A DNA stretch of 64,000 nt from Candidatus Rhabdochlamydia sp. (GCA_051648645.1 JBOFFP010000001.1:1-64000); one strand, 5' to 3'; shown: positions 1 to 9,754, numbered from the stretch's first letter. Made by a program: numbers and translations. The notes: a model not told the origin generated them from the letters alone.

Positions 1-353
1 TAGAAAAAGTGATAGGAAAAGATCACATTATTAACAAAGCCTATACAACCCTTAATAAGTACTATTGGACTAAGAAGGAACTTATGAGTTATGACAAAGT
101 AAAACGTGCTAGAATGGACCATCAAGCTATTTTGCAATATAAATTTGATGAAGGTGAAGCCAAAGGCATTAAAAAAGGCATAGAAAAAGGTATTGAACAA
201 GGCATAGAAAAAGGTAAAGTAGAAGTAGCAAAGCGACTATTACAGGATGGATTTAAAATTGATATGATTATTCGATCTACTGGTTTATCAAAAGAGCAAG
301 TAGAAGAGCTAAAAAAATATGTTTTAGAAGAAAATATAGTTGTTAATTTCTAA
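1..353 (+). CDS. Rpn/YhgA-like PD-(D/E)XK nuclease (putative transposase) family protein, C-terminal part; 5' end outside window
   Basis: Frame is open from the window edge. Carries GIKK/GIEK/GIEQ/GIEK repeats followed by EVAKRLLQDGFKIDMIIRSTGLSKEQVEEL, the typical C-terminus of this family. Confidence 0.8.
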   Translation, partial: EKVIGKDHIINKAYTTLNKYYWTKKELMSYDKVKRARMDHQAILQYKFDEGEAKGIKKGIEKGIEQGIEKGKVEVAKRLLQDGFKIDMIIRSTGLSKEQVEELKKYVLEENIVVNF

Positions 354-375
354 GAGATCTCAGTAATTAAAAGAT

Positions 376-403
376 AGCTCCCTTGTCAAATGACTTAGGA
401 GCT
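376..403. terminator. Probable terminator hairpin between convergent genes
   Basis: AGCTCC...GGAGCT outer stem with inner GTCA/TGAC pairing, between the Rpn-like gene and ybaB. Confidence 0.45.
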
Positions 404-434
404 TGCATTAGATGAGTTTTTATTTAAAAAAAAG

Positions 435-719
435 TTAAAGCCCAAACGGAAGAGAGCTAGATTCACTAGATAATTGTTGATAGCCATCTTCACAAGCGGC
501 TTTAATTAAATCTTGAATTCCCTCAGGATCATTAGGATCTAAGCATTCTGGCTTAATTTTTATTTCCAAAAGCTCTTTTTCTCCATTTAACACAACGGTA
601 ACTAGGTTAGCTGAGCTTGTTCCTGTTACTTTTTTGTATTTTAATTCATTGCGCATTGTTTCAAATTGCTGTTCCATAAGCTTTGCTTGTTTTTTTGCCT
701 TGGAATAACCACTGCCCAT
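435..719 (-). CDS. ybaB: YbaB/EbfC nucleoid-associated protein
   Basis: 94 aa with VTVVLNGEKELLEIKIKPE...DPEGIQDLIKAA; directly downstream of dnaX, the usual arrangement. Confidence 0.9.
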   Translation of the reverse strand: MGSGYSKAKKQAKLMEQQFETMRNELKYKKVTGTSSANLVTVVLNGEKELLEIKIKPECLDPNDPEGIQDLIKAACEDGYQQLSSESSSLPFGL

Positions 720-722
720 AAA

Positions 723-2066
723 TTATGACTCCTTTTTAATTACAGCCTCTAGCTCTACGGCAGCAAATCGTAATAAGGTATCATATCGACTTTGATGGGT
801 AGGAGATAAAGGCATGGGGGTAGATTTTGATTTTTGAATAATAGGGATAGATACAGGTTGTTCTATTTGCTCAACTATGGGCTTCAGCGGTTCTGATGGC
901 TTTATCGGATCCGAGGAAGGAATAGCTGGTATGGATAGCTTGGATTCTAGTTGGATAAGGCGTTGTACAAGTGTGGAAGAGTGGATGCGATACTTAGAGC
1001 GAATGATATACAATAGGATGGTTTCAACTAAGACTTGTTTTACGGAGATTTTGCTGATCGTTTGTTGCCAATGAATCAAATAATCTAAGATATCTAGACA
1101 TTGTTCGGAGCTATAGTACGTGGCAGATAGTTTATAATTACTATGTTCATTTCCAAATAAGCAAAGAGGAAAGCGATCTAACTTAAATTGAATTAAGTTA
1201 CGATAATGCTGGATGAGTTGGTTTATGAAATAGTAGAGATCTTTACCATTTGAAAAGAGTTCATGGGATAGTTCAAAAGCAACCTTAAGGTCGTATCCTT
1301 CCACTGCTGTATCTAATCTGAAAAAGAGGGATTTATCTATCAGAGCAAAAGCAGAAGCTGCATTTTTTACAGTAATACAGGAGTTGTCAAAGCAAATGAG
1401 TTGGTCAAGTAAAGATTCTGCATCACGCAATGATCCATCAGATAGTTCAGAAATAAGAAAAAGAGCTTCTTCTTCGTAAGAAATTTCTAGATTTCCTAAA
1501 ATTTGTTTTAGCTTTTTAACAATTAATTGAGGAGAAATGCGGTTAAGATCAAAGCGTTGGCAACGACTAATAATAGTTGGTAAAACTTTATGAGGCTCTG
1601 TTGTAGCAAAGATGAATTTAACGGTAGGAGGAGGTTCTTCAAGAGGTTTCAGAAGAGCATTAAATGCTTCTTTTGTAAGCATGTGCACTTCATCAATGAT
1701 GTAAATTTTATATTTACCATGAGTAGGAGCATAGACGATTGTCTCATTAATCTGACGGATATCATCAATGCCTCGGTGAGAGGCTCCATCAATTTCCAAT
1801 ACATCCAAAGAACGATTGTTTAAGATATCTAAACAAGAGCTACATTGATTGCAAGGTTCAGATTCTGCATTGAGATTTTGACAATTCAGTGCTTTTGCCA
1901 AAATTCGTAAAAGAGAGGTTTTCCCTGTCCCTCTTAATCCGCAAAAAAGATATGCATGGGCCAATCTTGAATTATGCAAAGCATTTTTTAAAGTAGTGAC
2001 AATTGCATCTTGCCCAAGTACATCAGCAAAAAGCTGTGGTCGATATTTTCTATAAGAAATGCTCAC
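723..2066 (-). CDS. dnaX: DNA polymerase III subunit gamma/tau
   Basis: RKYRPQ, Walker A GLRGTGKTS, Zn motif PCNQCSSC, DEVHML, SRCQRF. Confidence 0.97.
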   Translation of the reverse strand: MSISYRKYRPQLFADVLGQDAIVTTLKNALHNSRLAHAYLFCGLRGTGKTSLLRILAKALNCQNLNAESEPCNQCSSCLDILNNRSLDVLEIDGASHRGIDDIRQINETIVYAPTHGKYKIYIIDEVHMLTKEAFNALLKPLEEPPPTVKFIFATTEPHKVLPTIISRCQRFDLNRISPQLIVKKLKQILGNLEISYEEEALFLISELSDGSLRDAESLLDQLICFDNSCITVKNAASAFALIDKSLFFRLDTAVEGYDLKVAFELSHELFSNGKDLYYFINQLIQHYRNLIQFKLDRFPLCLFGNEHSNYKLSATYYSSEQCLDILDYLIHWQQTISKISVKQVLVETILLYIIRSKYRIHSSTLVQRLIQLESKLSIPAIPSSDPIKPSEPLKPIVEQIEQPVSIPIIQKSKSTPMPLSPTHQSRYDTLLRFAAVELEAVIKKES

Positions 2067-2254
2067 TAAAACCTCTTGCTACGTAACACTCCATTATCAT
2101 ACAAAAAAAGCATTTAGAAGACAAAGAGATCGTTAAAAAATACAAGGAATCCACAAAAAATAATTTTATCCCTAGAAAAGATAGGTATTAATTGCTAAGA
2201 ATCTGTTATAATGAAAAAGATAAGTTCAAAGGGAGTTTTAAGGCTTAAACCCCT

Positions 2255-4387
2255 ATGCAAGAAGCAGAAATTGAAGAAAACCAATTAGTTTCACATGCAT
2301 GGCAAAAGTGGTTTAAAGGCCATGAATTTGCTAAGCGTTTTGTTCTGTTTTTACTTTTACTCATTTCTTTAACTTTTTTTATTAATAACCGAGAAGTTTT
2401 AGTCGATCTACCTGAAGTAGGTAGTCTTGCTCCTCGTTATATAAGTGCTCAAGTTGCTTTTGATTTCCCGGACCTTGAAGCTACAAAAATGCTAAAACAG
2501 GAAGCTGTAAGGGATATCGGTTCTTTCTATCGAATAGATGAGAATCAAATTCGTAGCTATAGAAAAGAGCTAGAACTTTCTTTAATTCAAAATCCAAATT
2601 GGCGCTCTAAATTAAGTAAAAGTACTTTTGAAAATCTGTATACAGCTTTAGATCGATTAGAAGAGGTTTTAATTCAGGCGCATTTTACCGATCCGCGTAC
2701 CATAAATAAAATGCATGGGCTTGATATTCCTACGAAGGGCATTTCCGCTCTTTCCCCCATTAAAGAACAAGCAGAAAAAAAGCTTTTACCTGACAGATTT
2801 TGGCGAAAGTTACAAGAACAATTAAATGAGATTGGCCAGTTAGATGCAGAAGCAATTAATTTTATTCTTTTAGACTTTTCCAAACAATTCTGGGTTCTTC
2901 AAGAAGATCTTTTTCTAGAGCGCAGTATTAAACACAGCATTCAAGATCATATTATCCCTCGTTTTACTCATATTGAACCAGGAAGCCAAATTATTAAGAT
3001 AGGTGAAAGAGTTACCCAACGCCATTTAATAATGTTAAAATCTATGAAACATGTGTTAACAGAAGCGCGTGATCTATGGGCTTTTAAGACATTGTTAAGT
3101 AGCTTTTTAGTGGCTCTTTCTTTGTTAATTTCAGTAACTGCATTTTTATATGTCTTTTATCGCGATATTTTACAATCGGTACGTAAATTATCTCTTTTAG
3201 TACTCATTTTTATTATGACTTTGATTTTTTCTTCATTAGTTGAGCACTTGTTGCTATCTGAAGAAAATCATTTAATTGAAATGGCCCGTATTCCTATTTT
3301 AGTTCCTTTTGCTTCTATTTTAATTTGTATTTTATTCGAAACTGAATTAGCCATAGTTATTTCGTTGTTTCTTTTATTTTTGTTTGCAACGGTTTTAGCA
3401 GTAAATTATGTTCCTTTCATTTTTATTAATTTCATTGCAGTACTTACAACAATCTTATTCACACATAATTTACACAGAAGAAAGCAGATATTTTCCGTTT
3501 TTGGTAAAGTTTGGTTATCCATTCTTTTACCTATACTTGGTTTGAATTTAGCTAAAAATGCTTTATGGGGGTTTAATTTAATTTCAGATGTAATGAGCTG
3601 TTTTGTGTTTTTATGTATAATTGCTATCCTCACGGTTGCTTTATTACCTGTTTTAGAGAGTCTATTCCATATAACAACAGACATGAGTTTAATGGAGTAT
3701 ATGGATCCCAATCATGAATTGTTGCATCGCTTAAGCTTGGAAGCACCCGGTACATATCAACATTGCTTAGTTGTAGGACATTTAGCAGAAGCAGGAGCTA
3801 GATCCATTGGAGCTAATGGGCTTTTTTGCAGAGTGGCTACGCTTTATCATGATATAGGCAAATTGTTTAATCCTCATTATTTCACAGAAAATCAATTTGG
3901 AGGATTTAATATCCATCAATTATTGACTCCCATGGAATCAACGCAGGTGATTATTGCTCACGTGCCAGAAGGAGAAGCATTGGCTCGTAAACATCATCTT
4001 CCACAAGGATTTATCGATATTATTCGAGAACATCATGGGACAACAATGGTCTATTATTTTTATTGTAAGCAAGTCGAACAAATGAGTGGCGATGCCAGCA
4101 AGGTGAATGAAAAGCTCTTTCGTTATCCAGGACCTAAACCTCGTAGCAAAGAATCGGCAATCATAATGATAGCGGATACGATAGAGGCTGCTTCTCGTTC
4201 TATGGAAGAGCTTACTGAAGAATCAATTACCGATATGATTGATAAGTTGATAGATGAAAAAGCAGAAGATGGGCAATTTAATGAGTCTCAATTAACATTT
4301 GAAGAACTGGGTAAAGTAAAAAAAGCAATTATTAAATCCTTAATTATTACACGTCATTTACGTATCAAATACCCTTCTAGAAACTAA
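2255..4387 (+). CDS. 7TM-HD (HDIG) phosphohydrolase, PgpH-like putative cyclic-di-AMP phosphodiesterase
   Basis: N-terminal TM, large extracytoplasmic region, multi-TM block, then EAPGTYQH, YHDIGK, YFTENQ, EHHGT, FRYPGPKP and IADTIEAASRS. Confidence 0.85.
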   Translation: MQEAEIEENQLVSHAWQKWFKGHEFAKRFVLFLLLLISLTFFINNREVLVDLPEVGSLAPRYISAQVAFDFPDLEATKMLKQEAVRDIGSFYRIDENQIRSYRKELELSLIQNPNWRSKLSKSTFENLYTALDRLEEVLIQAHFTDPRTINKMHGLDIPTKGISALSPIKEQAEKKLLPDRFWRKLQEQLNEIGQLDAEAINFILLDFSKQFWVLQEDLFLERSIKHSIQDHIIPRFTHIEPGSQIIKIGERVTQRHLIMLKSMKHVLTEARDLWAFKTLLSSFLVALSLLISVTAFLYVFYRDILQSVRKLSLLVLIFIMTLIFSSLVEHLLLSEENHLIEMARIPILVPFASILICILFETELAIVISLFLLFLFATVLAVNYVPFIFINFIAVLTTILFTHNLHRRKQIFSVFGKVWLSILLPILGLNLAKNALWGFNLISDVMSCFVFLCIIAILTVALLPVLESLFHITTDMSLMEYMDPNHELLHRLSLEAPGTYQHCLVVGHLAEAGARSIGANGLFCRVATLYHDIGKLFNPHYFTENQFGGFNIHQLLTPMESTQVIIAHVPEGEALARKHHLPQGFIDIIREHHGTTMVYYFYCKQVEQMSGDASKVNEKLFRYPGPKPRSKESAIIMIADTIEAASRSMEELTEESITDMIDKLIDEKAEDGQFNESQLTFEELGKVKKAIIKSLIITRHLRIKYPSRN

Positions 4388-4428
4388 AGATCGACCTTCA
4401 CTTAAGAATAGGCTAAATTTTTTTTTGT

Positions 4429-4456
4429 TTGCCAGTTAAAAGGCATTTTATAAGAT
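4429..4456 (+). promoter_or_regulatory. Putative sigma66 (sigma70-type) promoter of the DoxX gene
   Basis: TTGCCA-N16-TAAGAT about 50 nt upstream of the start. Confidence 0.4.
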
Positions 4457-4504
4457 AGAGTAAGAACATCTTTAAAATAGGACGGATCTATTAAAAAATA
4501 TGTA

Positions 4505-4873
4505 GTGTTATTAGGCAGAGCACTTTATTCTGCTATTTTTATTTTAGCCTCTTTTGGCCATTTTAATACTAAAACAATACACTTGGCTGCAAGCCAAGGG
4601 GTATTATTTGCAAATATACTTGTTCCTTTTTCGGGAGTGCTAGCTCTTGTGGGAGGATTAAGTATTCTTTTAGGCTATAAAGCGCGTTATGGAGCTTGGT
4701 TAATAGTACTTTTTTTAGTTCCTGTTACTTATATGATGCATAAATTTTGGGTAATTTCAGATCCTACGATGCATGGTTTACAACAGGTTATATTTATGAA
4801 AAACATGTCCTTGTTAGGTGCTGCTTTATTAATTGCATACTTTGGATCGGGATCTTTAAGTATAAAGAAATAA
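4505..4873 (+). CDS. DoxX family membrane protein
   Basis: LLGRALYSAIF, GGLSILLGYKARYGA, HKFW, FMKNMSLLGAALL; four hydrophobic segments. Confidence 0.88.
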   Translation: MLLGRALYSAIFILASFGHFNTKTIHLAASQGVLFANILVPFSGVLALVGGLSILLGYKARYGAWLIVLFLVPVTYMMHKFWVISDPTMHGLQQVIFMKNMSLLGAALLIAYFGSGSLSIKK

Positions 4874-4878
4874 AATAC

Positions 4879-5658
4879 TTAAGGCTGTTTTTGATATCTT
4901 TTACTTAGAGATTTTTGTAAAAAAGGGAGTAAAAATCTCTTAGGAATAAAATAGGCTAAAAAAACTAGTAAACGATACCTTAGATCAATGATTTGGACTC
5001 TTTTCCCGCACTCTATCTGTTTGAAAATCAAGCGCACTGCTTTTGCACAAGAAAAGGTAAAATGATCCAATTCTTGAGGAAAATTTTGGGAAGCTTTTTT
5101 GCGAAAATCTGTTGCTATTTGTCCAGGACAAACGGTAAGCACGCGGATGCGATAAATAGATAATTCTAGATCCAAAGCTTCTGAAAAACGATGGACAAAT
5201 GCTTTACTCGCTGCATATATACAAAAGTTAGGATAGGGAAAAAAAGCAGCAGCCGATGCAATGTTTACAATGGATCCTGACTTTTTAGCTTTTTTTAAAG
5301 CAGAGGCTGCTTCGAGAGAAAATTCCATAACAGCTTGTATGTTAACTTGAATCATTTCTTGAGAGATCTTTAAGGAATGTTGGATAGCGGGACCATATAA
5401 ACCAAATCCTGCATTATTAATCACAAGATCAGGACAGAGCTCTTGAATAAGCATGCATAGAGAAGCTCTTTGCTCTGTTTGGCTTAAATCGATCTGTACA
5501 ATTCGAATGGGAGTTTGTATTTCTGCAGCAAGAAGTTGTAGTTTATGGATATTTCTACCAACTGCAATTAAAGAGACGTTTTTTTGAGCCAATGCATGAC
5601 ATAAAGCTTTTCCTAAACCAGAGGTTGCGCCAGTAACTAAAGCTAAATGATATTTCAT
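4879..5658 (-). CDS. Short-chain dehydrogenase/reductase
   Basis: TGATSGLG, NNAGFG, YAASK. Confidence 0.93.
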   Translation of the reverse strand: MKYHLALVTGATSGLGKALCHALAQKNVSLIAVGRNIHKLQLLAAEIQTPIRIVQIDLSQTEQRASLCMLIQELCPDLVINNAGFGLYGPAIQHSLKISQEMIQVNIQAVMEFSLEAASALKKAKKSGSIVNIASAAAFFPYPNFCIYAASKAFVHRFSEALDLELSIYRIRVLTVCPGQIATDFRKKASQNFPQELDHFTFSCAKAVRLIFKQIECGKRVQIIDLRYRLLVFLAYFIPKRFLLPFLQKSLSKRYQKQP

Positions 5659-7394
5659 GTAATGAACTGTTTAAAGCTTGCTAACAAAGTATTTAAATGA
5701 GTTTGGCATTGCTGGATTCCTTGTTTCAGTGAAGCATAGGAATTTAACTGAGTAGATATATATATTTTTATTTTAGGTTCTGTTCCTGAAGGACGTATGA
5801 TTAAGCGACTTTGATCTTTTAATCGAAAGATCAATACATTGGAAGAGGGTAAATCAAGTTCTTCTTTTTGCTTAAGGTCTAAGACAAAACGCGTTCTTTT
5901 TTGGTAGTCTTCGATATATAGCACTTTTATTTCAGCAATACTGCTAAGAGGACTTTGTCTTAAATGTTGCATAATTTTCTGGATTTTTTCCATACCTTCT
6001 TTACCTGGTGCAAAATCAATGGAAAATTGTTTTTCCTGAAAAAGACCATATGTTTGATAGATCTTTTCTAAACGATCTTGAAGGGTTTGATTTTGTCTCT
6101 TAGCATAGAGTGCAATTTCTGCGAGTAAACAAGACATGACAATAGCATCTTTATCTCGTGCATGAGTACCGATTAAATAGCCATAAGACTCTTCTGCACC
6201 AAATAGAAAATGATAGCTTTTTTGAGATTCTTCCCATTTATGGATCAGCTCACCGATGTATTTAAATCCGGTAAGAACTTCTATGCAAGAAATTCCATAT
6301 CGCTTTGCTATATTTTTAAGTAGTTCTGTGGAAACAATGGTTGTAATAATAGCAGCTTTGTCTGGCATTTTATGTTCGGAGCTCAGTACTTCACAAAGAT
6401 AATCCGCGCAAATAACCGCTATCTGGTTGCCATTGAATAGAATGGGTTCATTATGGTGTAAAATTGCAATCCCTATCCGATCTGCATCGGGATCTGTTAC
6501 AATTAGTAAATCGGACTGAGTATCCAACATATATTTTAGACCCAGGGTAAATGTTTCTTTATACTCAGGATTTGGAAAAGCAATAGTAGGAAAAGAGCCA
6601 TCGGGCTGACACTGTTCTTTAACCAAATGGATTTGATTAAAGCCCCATTGTGTTAAAGCCTGAGGTATAATAGTACTGCCTGTACCATGTAAACTTGTGT
6701 AGGTAATTTTTATACTTTTGCCCATTTGATGATCTTCTTTAGGAAAGATCTGTAGAGGAGCAATGGCCTGTAAATAGGATTGATCTAAAGAATCACCAAT
6801 CTGTTGGATGATGGGATTATCAAGGCTGCTTATATGAATCAGTGAAGGTTGTGATATTTTTTCTACTTCTTCCATGATGCCTATATCATGAGGGGATACA
6901 ACTTGACCTCCATCGCTCCAATAGACTTTATATCCATTGTATTGCGCAGGATTATGAGAAGCCGTAATCATAATTGCAGCATCTGCTTGCATAAAACGAC
7001 AAGCAAAAGAGATATAAGGAGTAGGTCTTAATTCATTAATTAAAAAAACTTGAATTTGATTGGCTGCAAGTACCTTTGCTGCTTCTTCTGCAAATTCTTT
7101 TGAATTATGTCGACTATCAAAACCAATAACAACCTTTCCTGCTTTTTTTTGTTGATTTAAGTAATTGGCTAGGCCTTGAGTGGCTCTTTGAATGGTGTAG
7201 ATATTTAAACGATTAGTTCCTACTCCCATCAATCCTCTCATCCCTGCCGTTCCAAAAGAGAGATCACAGAAAAAAGCATCAATGAGCTCTTGCGGTTTTT
7301 GCATGAGCAAGCGCACTTGATTTTGTGTATTGGAATCAAAAGGGCTATTTAACCAAGACTCAGCGCGCTTTTGAATATCTGCCGGAATTGACAT
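5655..7394 (-). CDS. Phosphoglucomutase/phosphomannomutase
   Basis: FGTAGMRG, TASHNP, DPDADR, GAEES, RPSGTEPKIK. Confidence 0.95.
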   Translation of the reverse strand: MSIPADIQKRAESWLNSPFDSNTQNQVRLLMQKPQELIDAFFCDLSFGTAGMRGLMGVGTNRLNIYTIQRATQGLANYLNQQKKAGKVVIGFDSRHNSKEFAEEAAKVLAANQIQVFLINELRPTPYISFACRFMQADAAIMITASHNPAQYNGYKVYWSDGGQVVSPHDIGIMEEVEKISQPSLIHISSLDNPIIQQIGDSLDQSYLQAIAPLQIFPKEDHQMGKSIKITYTSLHGTGSTIIPQALTQWGFNQIHLVKEQCQPDGSFPTIAFPNPEYKETFTLGLKYMLDTQSDLLIVTDPDADRIGIAILHHNEPILFNGNQIAVICADYLCEVLSSEHKMPDKAAIITTIVSTELLKNIAKRYGISCIEVLTGFKYIGELIHKWEESQKSYHFLFGAEESYGYLIGTHARDKDAIVMSCLLAEIALYAKRQNQTLQDRLEKIYQTYGLFQEKQFSIDFAPGKEGMEKIQKIMQHLRQSPLSSIAEIKVLYIEDYQKRTRFVLDLKQKEELDLPSSNVLIFRLKDQSRLIIRPSGTEPKIKIYISTQLNSYASLKQGIQQCQTHLNTLLASFKQFIT

Positions 7395-7407
7395 AGAACA
7401 CCATTTT

Positions 7408-7815
7408 TTAAGAATCTAACTGTTTTTCTATTTCCTCAAAAGAGATTAAAGGTGCATTGGCATGATTAATTCCTTCACAGCGTATGGCTTCTTCTTCCCA
7501 ATTTTTTTTTGTTTTTAGGGTTTCTAGCCACCAAGGAAAATTACGGCATTGTTTAGGACGAGTAGAATAAATTTGGCAGCGCTTATCTTTTAGAAAGATA
7601 CAATCATAATTGTGGTAATCTTCTAAAAGTGATAACCGCCCTGCCACTTTACGGGTGTACTTTTTTATACATTCTTCGAAACTTATTTGTAGAAATTGCG
7701 CGATCTTCTCTACTTCCTCATCGCTTATCCATACATATCCTGGAGATCCAGTGCAACATTTACCACATTCTGTACAGCCAAAGCGTAAACCTTCTTTATA
7801 CCATTTTTCAGACAT
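7408..7815 (-). CDS. YkgJ family cysteine-cluster (CxxCxxCC) protein
   Basis: CTECGKCC, CIFL, CQIYSTRPKQCRNFPWW. Start moved to ATG at 7815 (MSEKWY), which overlaps the upstream stop. Confidence 0.88.
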   Translation of the reverse strand: MSEKWYKEGLRFGCTECGKCCTGSPGYVWISDEEVEKIAQFLQISFEECIKKYTRKVAGRLSLLEDYHNYDCIFLKDKRCQIYSTRPKQCRNFPWWLETLKTKKNWEEEAIRCEGINHANAPLISFEEIEKQLDS

Positions 7816-8686
7816 CGTTAACCTTAAAATGAGAGCGCGAAGTAGATTGCCAGCTGTGATTAATGATTTTAAAGGCCTCAACAGAAAATTCTTCTTCGTG
7901 TAATTCAATAAGATTCCATGTCCCGGTTTTTTTTTCTATGACAGAGCCGCTATCTAGAATAATGGGTAAACCGCTTTGTCTAAGATCTGCAATACAATGA
8001 CGATGTGTATGCCCATGCAAATATAAAGTAACCTGAGAAAATTCCTTGATTACTTCGCATAATGCTTCTGAACGTTTGAGGCCTTTTTCGGGAGCTTCAT
8101 TATAAATAAGAGGAAAATGATTCAAAATTAATACCCGATGATCTTGAGGGACTTGCTTTAAAGCATTCCTTAGTGTTTCTTCTAATTTTGTGGAAAAAAA
8201 ACCATAACAAGCAAGGGGGGGAGTAGCTATAGCTGTGTCTAAACAAATGGCTGTCCATTTATTCGTTAAAGGAACAACTGTAAGACCATCCTCTTTTAAA
8301 TTACATAGGGTAGGATCAGAAGAAAAGCTAGAAGGAAAAAAACGATAATAGGTTTTATTAGAAAAAGCAGATTTTGTGTAGTGATCATGATTACCAGGAA
8401 GCAGCAATACCGAAAGACCTTGTTCCTCTAAACCTTGAATAAAAGATTGCGCCATTAAAAATTCTTTTTTAGCAGAGGTAGTGGTTAAATCTCCTGTGAT
8501 CAGTACTTGAGAAATATTTAACTTTTTAAAAAGAGAGGGGAGCGTTTTTAGATTTTTGAAACAAAATTGGGAACGTCTACGTAGATAAAAATTCGCATTT
8601 CCTATCCATCTCTTGGAAAAAAATTGATTGATTCCCCAAGAAGGTTTAGCAAAATGTAGATCTGAAATATGAGCGCAGCGAATCAT
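7808..8686 (-). CDS. Calcineurin-like metallophosphoesterase
   Basis: HISDLH, TGD, PGNHD, NHFP, HGHTH. Confidence 0.92.
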   Translation of the reverse strand: MIRCAHISDLHFAKPSWGINQFFSKRWIGNANFYLRRRSQFCFKNLKTLPSLFKKLNISQVLITGDLTTTSAKKEFLMAQSFIQGLEEQGLSVLLLPGNHDHYTKSAFSNKTYYRFFPSSFSSDPTLCNLKEDGLTVVPLTNKWTAICLDTAIATPPLACYGFFSTKLEETLRNALKQVPQDHRVLILNHFPLIYNEAPEKGLKRSEALCEVIKEFSQVTLYLHGHTHRHCIADLRQSGLPIILDSGSVIEKKTGTWNLIELHEEEFSVEAFKIINHSWQSTSRSHFKVNDV

Positions 8687-8760
8687 GTTCGGTCATCCTA
8701 AAATACTTTAGCTATTAGATTAACCGATCTGAGAATTCTTCTCTATAAAACTAAAAACAT

Positions 8761-8801
8761 AACAAGCTAAAAATTTTTTTAAGGAAGACTTTTAGCTTGT
8801 T
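8761..8801. repeat. 12-bp perfect inverted repeat with 17-nt spacer
   Basis: AACAAGCTAAAA-N17-TTTTAGCTTGTT. Confidence 0.7.
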
Positions 8802-8899
8802 TGTTTATTAATTTGATATTTATTTTTTTAATTGCTGGTAAACATATTTAAAATTTTTCATTGAAATTATATTTATAAAATTTTTTTACATCTGAGATC

Positions 8900-9113
8900 A
8901 TGGACATCACCTACTAATAATCAACCATCTGTAAGTCAAGATCCTAGATAGGAACAAGCTCAGGCTGAGGGAAAAGCTAAAGATAAACACGAGAGTAAGT
9001 TACATCATAGCGCTTATCGTGTTCTGGATGCTCTTCCAAATAAGCAGATAGGTATTGTTGTCGAAGAAATTACTAAAAGTTTTAAAGAATTGGGTAAATC
9101 AAGAAAGCACTAG
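8900..9113 (+). pseudogene. Probable decayed small ORF (~70 aa)
   Basis: Removing one G after ATG 8900 gives MTSPTNNQPSVSQDPR*EQAQAEGKAKDKHESKLHHSAYRVLDALPNKQIGIVVEEITKSFKELGKSRKH*, with an internal TAG at 8949-8951. Confidence 0.5.
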
Positions 9114-9324
9114 TCGGCAGTAAACCGATTTAAGAATTCTTCTATATAAATCTCAAATATAGTCTAATTTAAATAGTTTATTTGTAATTACATTGTTAAT
9201 AATAAAAAATGCTTTAAAAAAAGCGGAACATTATTAAATAGTGTTTAATTTTCAAGTTTTTTGATTGAGAAAAAAAGTCCTAGAAAAGCTGGTAAAATCT
9301 TGGGATAAAATGAGTTATTTTATT

Positions 9325-9669
9325 CTATTTTTTTCGAGCTCCGTTGTGATTTAAAATTTTTTGCTTAGCAAGATTTTGTTTGATAGTAGTTTTTATCCAA
9401 CGAGCACCTTCAACATGAACGTGTGCGGGCTGAGCATCGGTTGTAGTAATCCCAATTCCTGGGGTAGTGCGTTTAGAATTTTTTGTATTGTGTCTGGCCT
9501 TTTTGATTTTCATATGTTTTTTAAAAGAATCTATTAATTCTTTTCGTTTTTTCATAGTTTTTTTGGGAACTTTTACAGGAAGAGCTTCTGGAGGCGCGAG
9601 TTCTTTTTGAGCAGAGCGAACTTCTTTTTTCTGTTTTTTACGATTTTTTAAAGTGAGTTGATCTTTCAT
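9325..9669 (-). CDS. Small, very Lys/Arg-rich hypothetical protein
   Basis: 114 aa ORF with ATG start and strongly basic composition; no family recognised. Confidence 0.65.
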   Translation of the reverse strand: MKDQLTLKNRKKQKKEVRSAQKELAPPEALPVKVPKKTMKKRKELIDSFKKHMKIKKARHNTKNSKRTTPGIGITTTDAQPAHVHVEGARWIKTTIKQNLAKQKILNHNGARKK

Positions 9670-9754
9670 AGATTAGCCCTAATTAATAGATATCTCTTCA
9701 ATGCTCACTCTATTTTCAATTTTTATTAATAACAATTATTTTGTTTGAAAATCA

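Larger units (their letters stand above)
8722..9150 (+). repeat. Imperfect 28-bp direct repeat pair (8722-8749 and 9123-9150)
   Basis: AACCGATCTGAGAATTCTTCTCTATAAA vs AACCGATTTAAGAATTCTTCTATATAAA, 25/28 identical. Confidence 0.8.
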
